DNA from: Mycobacterium leprae TN
GTDB lineage: Bacteria; Actinomycetota; Actinomycetes; Mycobacteriales; Mycobacteriaceae
DNA: 32,000 nt
NCBI RefSeq assembly: GCF_000195855.1
Contig: NC_002677.1
Coordinates: 3,060,001 to 3,092,000, forward strand
Direction of reading: 5' to 3'
Positions 30,766 to 32,000 of the stretch are shown here, piece after piece. Each line of letters starts with the position of its first letter. The stretch's first letter is position 1. A model generated the notes under the pieces. It was not told where the DNA came from. It worked only from the letters and a program-made list of their open reading frames with translations, and searched no databases. A program made the position numbers and the translations under genes.

Positions 30766-31569
30766 GTGACGACGGAGACGCGCTCGAGCCTGGTCGAGTA
30801 CGCCCACACCAAACTCCAGACGCCACTGGTTCTTGTTGGCGGGTTCTTCCGAATGCTCGTCCTGACCGGAAAGGCGTTGTTCCGGCGGCCATTCCAATGG
30901 CGCGAGTTCATATTACAGTGCTGGTTCATCATGCGGGTTGCATTTCTGCCGACCGTCATGGTGTCGATTCCGCTGACCGTGCTGCTGATCTTCACCCTCA
31001 ACGTTCTGCTGGCTCAGTTCAGCGCTGCAGACTTATCTGGCGCGGGCGCGGCGATCGGGGCCGTCACCCAGCTCGGCCCGTTGACCACGGTGCTGGTGGT
31101 GGCCGGCGCCGGATCGACGTCCATCTGTGCGGACCTGGGTGCGCGCACTATCCGCGAGGAGATCGACGCGATGGAGGTTCTCGGCATCGACCCCATACAT
31201 AGACTGGTAGTGCCCCGGGTCCTTGCCGCGACGCTGGTAGCCACGCTGCTCAACGGCTTGGTCATCACCGTAGGCCTAGTGGGCGGCTACCTCTTCGGAG
31301 TTTACCTGCAGAATGTGTCGGGCGGTGCCTATCTTGCTACTCTCACCACTATTACCGGTCTTCCCGAAGTGGTGATCGCGACTGTCAAAGCCGCGACGTT
31401 CGGACTCATCGCTGGCTTGGTCGGCTGTTATCGCGGGCTGATCGTACGCGGTGGTTCCAACGGACTGGGCGCCGCCGTCAACGAAACCGTGGTGCTTTGC
31501 GTGGTCGCGTTGTACGCGGTCAATGTGGTGCTGACCACCATCGGCGTGCGCTTCGGAACTGGACACTGA
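30766..31569 (+). CDS. yrbE1A: MlaE/YrbE-family permease of the Mce1 system
   Basis: 267 aa; GTG start; FQWREFILQCWFIMRVAFLPTVMVSIPLTVLLIFTLN, GAGSTSICADLGARTIREEIDAMEVLGIDPIHRLVVPRV (conserved permease EExDAL-like motif). Confidence 0.96.
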   Translation: MTTETRSSLVEYAHTKLQTPLVLVGGFFRMLVLTGKALFRRPFQWREFILQCWFIMRVAFLPTVMVSIPLTVLLIFTLNVLLAQFSAADLSGAGAAIGAVTQLGPLTTVLVVAGAGSTSICADLGARTIREEIDAMEVLGIDPIHRLVVPRVLAATLVATLLNGLVITVGLVGGYLFGVYLQNVSGGAYLATLTTITGLPEVVIATVKAATFGLIAGLVGCYRGLIVRGGSNGLGAAVNETVVLCVVALYAVNVVLTTIGVRFGTGH

Positions 31570-31572
31570 AAC

Positions 31573-32000
31573 ATGTCGACCGCTGCCGTGTTGCGCGCCC
31601 GTTTTCCGCGGGCTGCCGCCAATCTGAATCGTTATGGCGGAGCCGCGGCCCGCGGAATTGACGACATCGGCCAAATGAGCTGGTTTGGCCTGATCGCCCT
31701 CGGAAACATCCCTAATGCCCTGAGCCGCTATCGCAAGGAAACGCTGCGCCTGATAGCCCAGATCGGGATGGGTACTGGTGCAATGGCTGTCGTTGGTGGC
31801 ACCGCCGCGATCGTCGGGTTCGTCACGCTCTCCGGTAGCTCTCTGGTCGCTATCCAGGGTTTCGCGTCGCTGGGGGCCATCGGTGTCGAGGCGTTTACCG
31901 GCTTCTTCGCTGCACTGATCAACGTGCGCATCGCTGCCCCCGTGATCACAGGTATCGTCATGGCGGCCACCGTCGGCGCCGGCGCCACCGCCGAACTAGG
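31573..32000 (+). CDS. yrbE1B: MlaE/YrbE-family permease of the Mce1 system, N-terminal part (runs off the window)
   Basis: ATG at 31573, 3 nt after the yrbE1A stop; MSTAAVLRARFPRAAANLNRYGGAAARGIDDIGQMSWFGLIALGNIPNALSRYRKETLRLIAQIGMGTGAM...; no stop before 32000. Not in the ORF track. Confidence 0.94.
   Translation, partial: MSTAAVLRARFPRAAANLNRYGGAAARGIDDIGQMSWFGLIALGNIPNALSRYRKETLRLIAQIGMGTGAMAVVGGTAAIVGFVTLSGSSLVAIQGFASLGAIGVEAFTGFFAALINVRIAAPVITGIVMAATVGAGATAEL

Noticed and set aside
1-32000. CRISPR arrays, tRNA/rRNA genes, insertion sequences, known leprosy-bacillus repeats (RLEP, REPLEP, LEPREP, LEPRPT), toxin-antitoxin or defence systems
   Set aside because: Looked for but none recognised by eye; the vapBC-type pair I recall beside htdX in M. 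tuberculosis is not recognisable here. A database search would be needed to exclude short fragments.

Overview
The window looks like a reductively evolving mycobacterial chromosome of the leprosy-bacillus type (M. leprae or M. lepromatosis; I cannot separate the two from sequence alone). Intact genes for cell-envelope and lipid functions alternate with heavily decayed pseudogenes. From memory of M. tuberculosis gene order, the layout is: fabG4 3' end / ~1.1 kb non-coding DNA / htdX / decayed membrane protein / TetR regulator / lpqI / small secreted protein (missed by the ORF track) / aftD / decayed glycerophosphodiesterase / decayed lipase-maturation-factor-like protein / gabD1 / decayed R2-like oxidase (Rv0233-like) / decayed fadE4 / decayed phosphotriesterase (php) / acyltransferase (Rv0228-like) / DUF3068-like membrane protein (Rv0227c-like) / Rv0226c-like membrane protein / glycosyltransferase (Rv0225-like) / methyltransferase (Rv0224c-like) / decayed aldehyde dehydrogenase (Rv0223c-like) / decayed enoyl-CoA hydratase-like remnant / decayed fadD5 / yrbE1A / yrbE1B (partial). 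No rRNA, tRNA, CRISPR array, intact mobile element or obvious new multi-gene system was found. The most unusual signal is a set of seven perfect inverted repeats (arms 12-28 bp, loops 1-12 nt). Their sequences are unrelated to each other, and all lie in decayed DNA. In two adjacent cases inside the aldehyde dehydrogenase pseudogene, one arm still encodes the conserved protein motif while the other arm replaces the expected codons. This suggests in-situ template-switch (quasi-palindrome conversion) mutagenesis rather than a dispersed repeat family. Homology statements rest on recalled family sequences and motifs, not on database searches.
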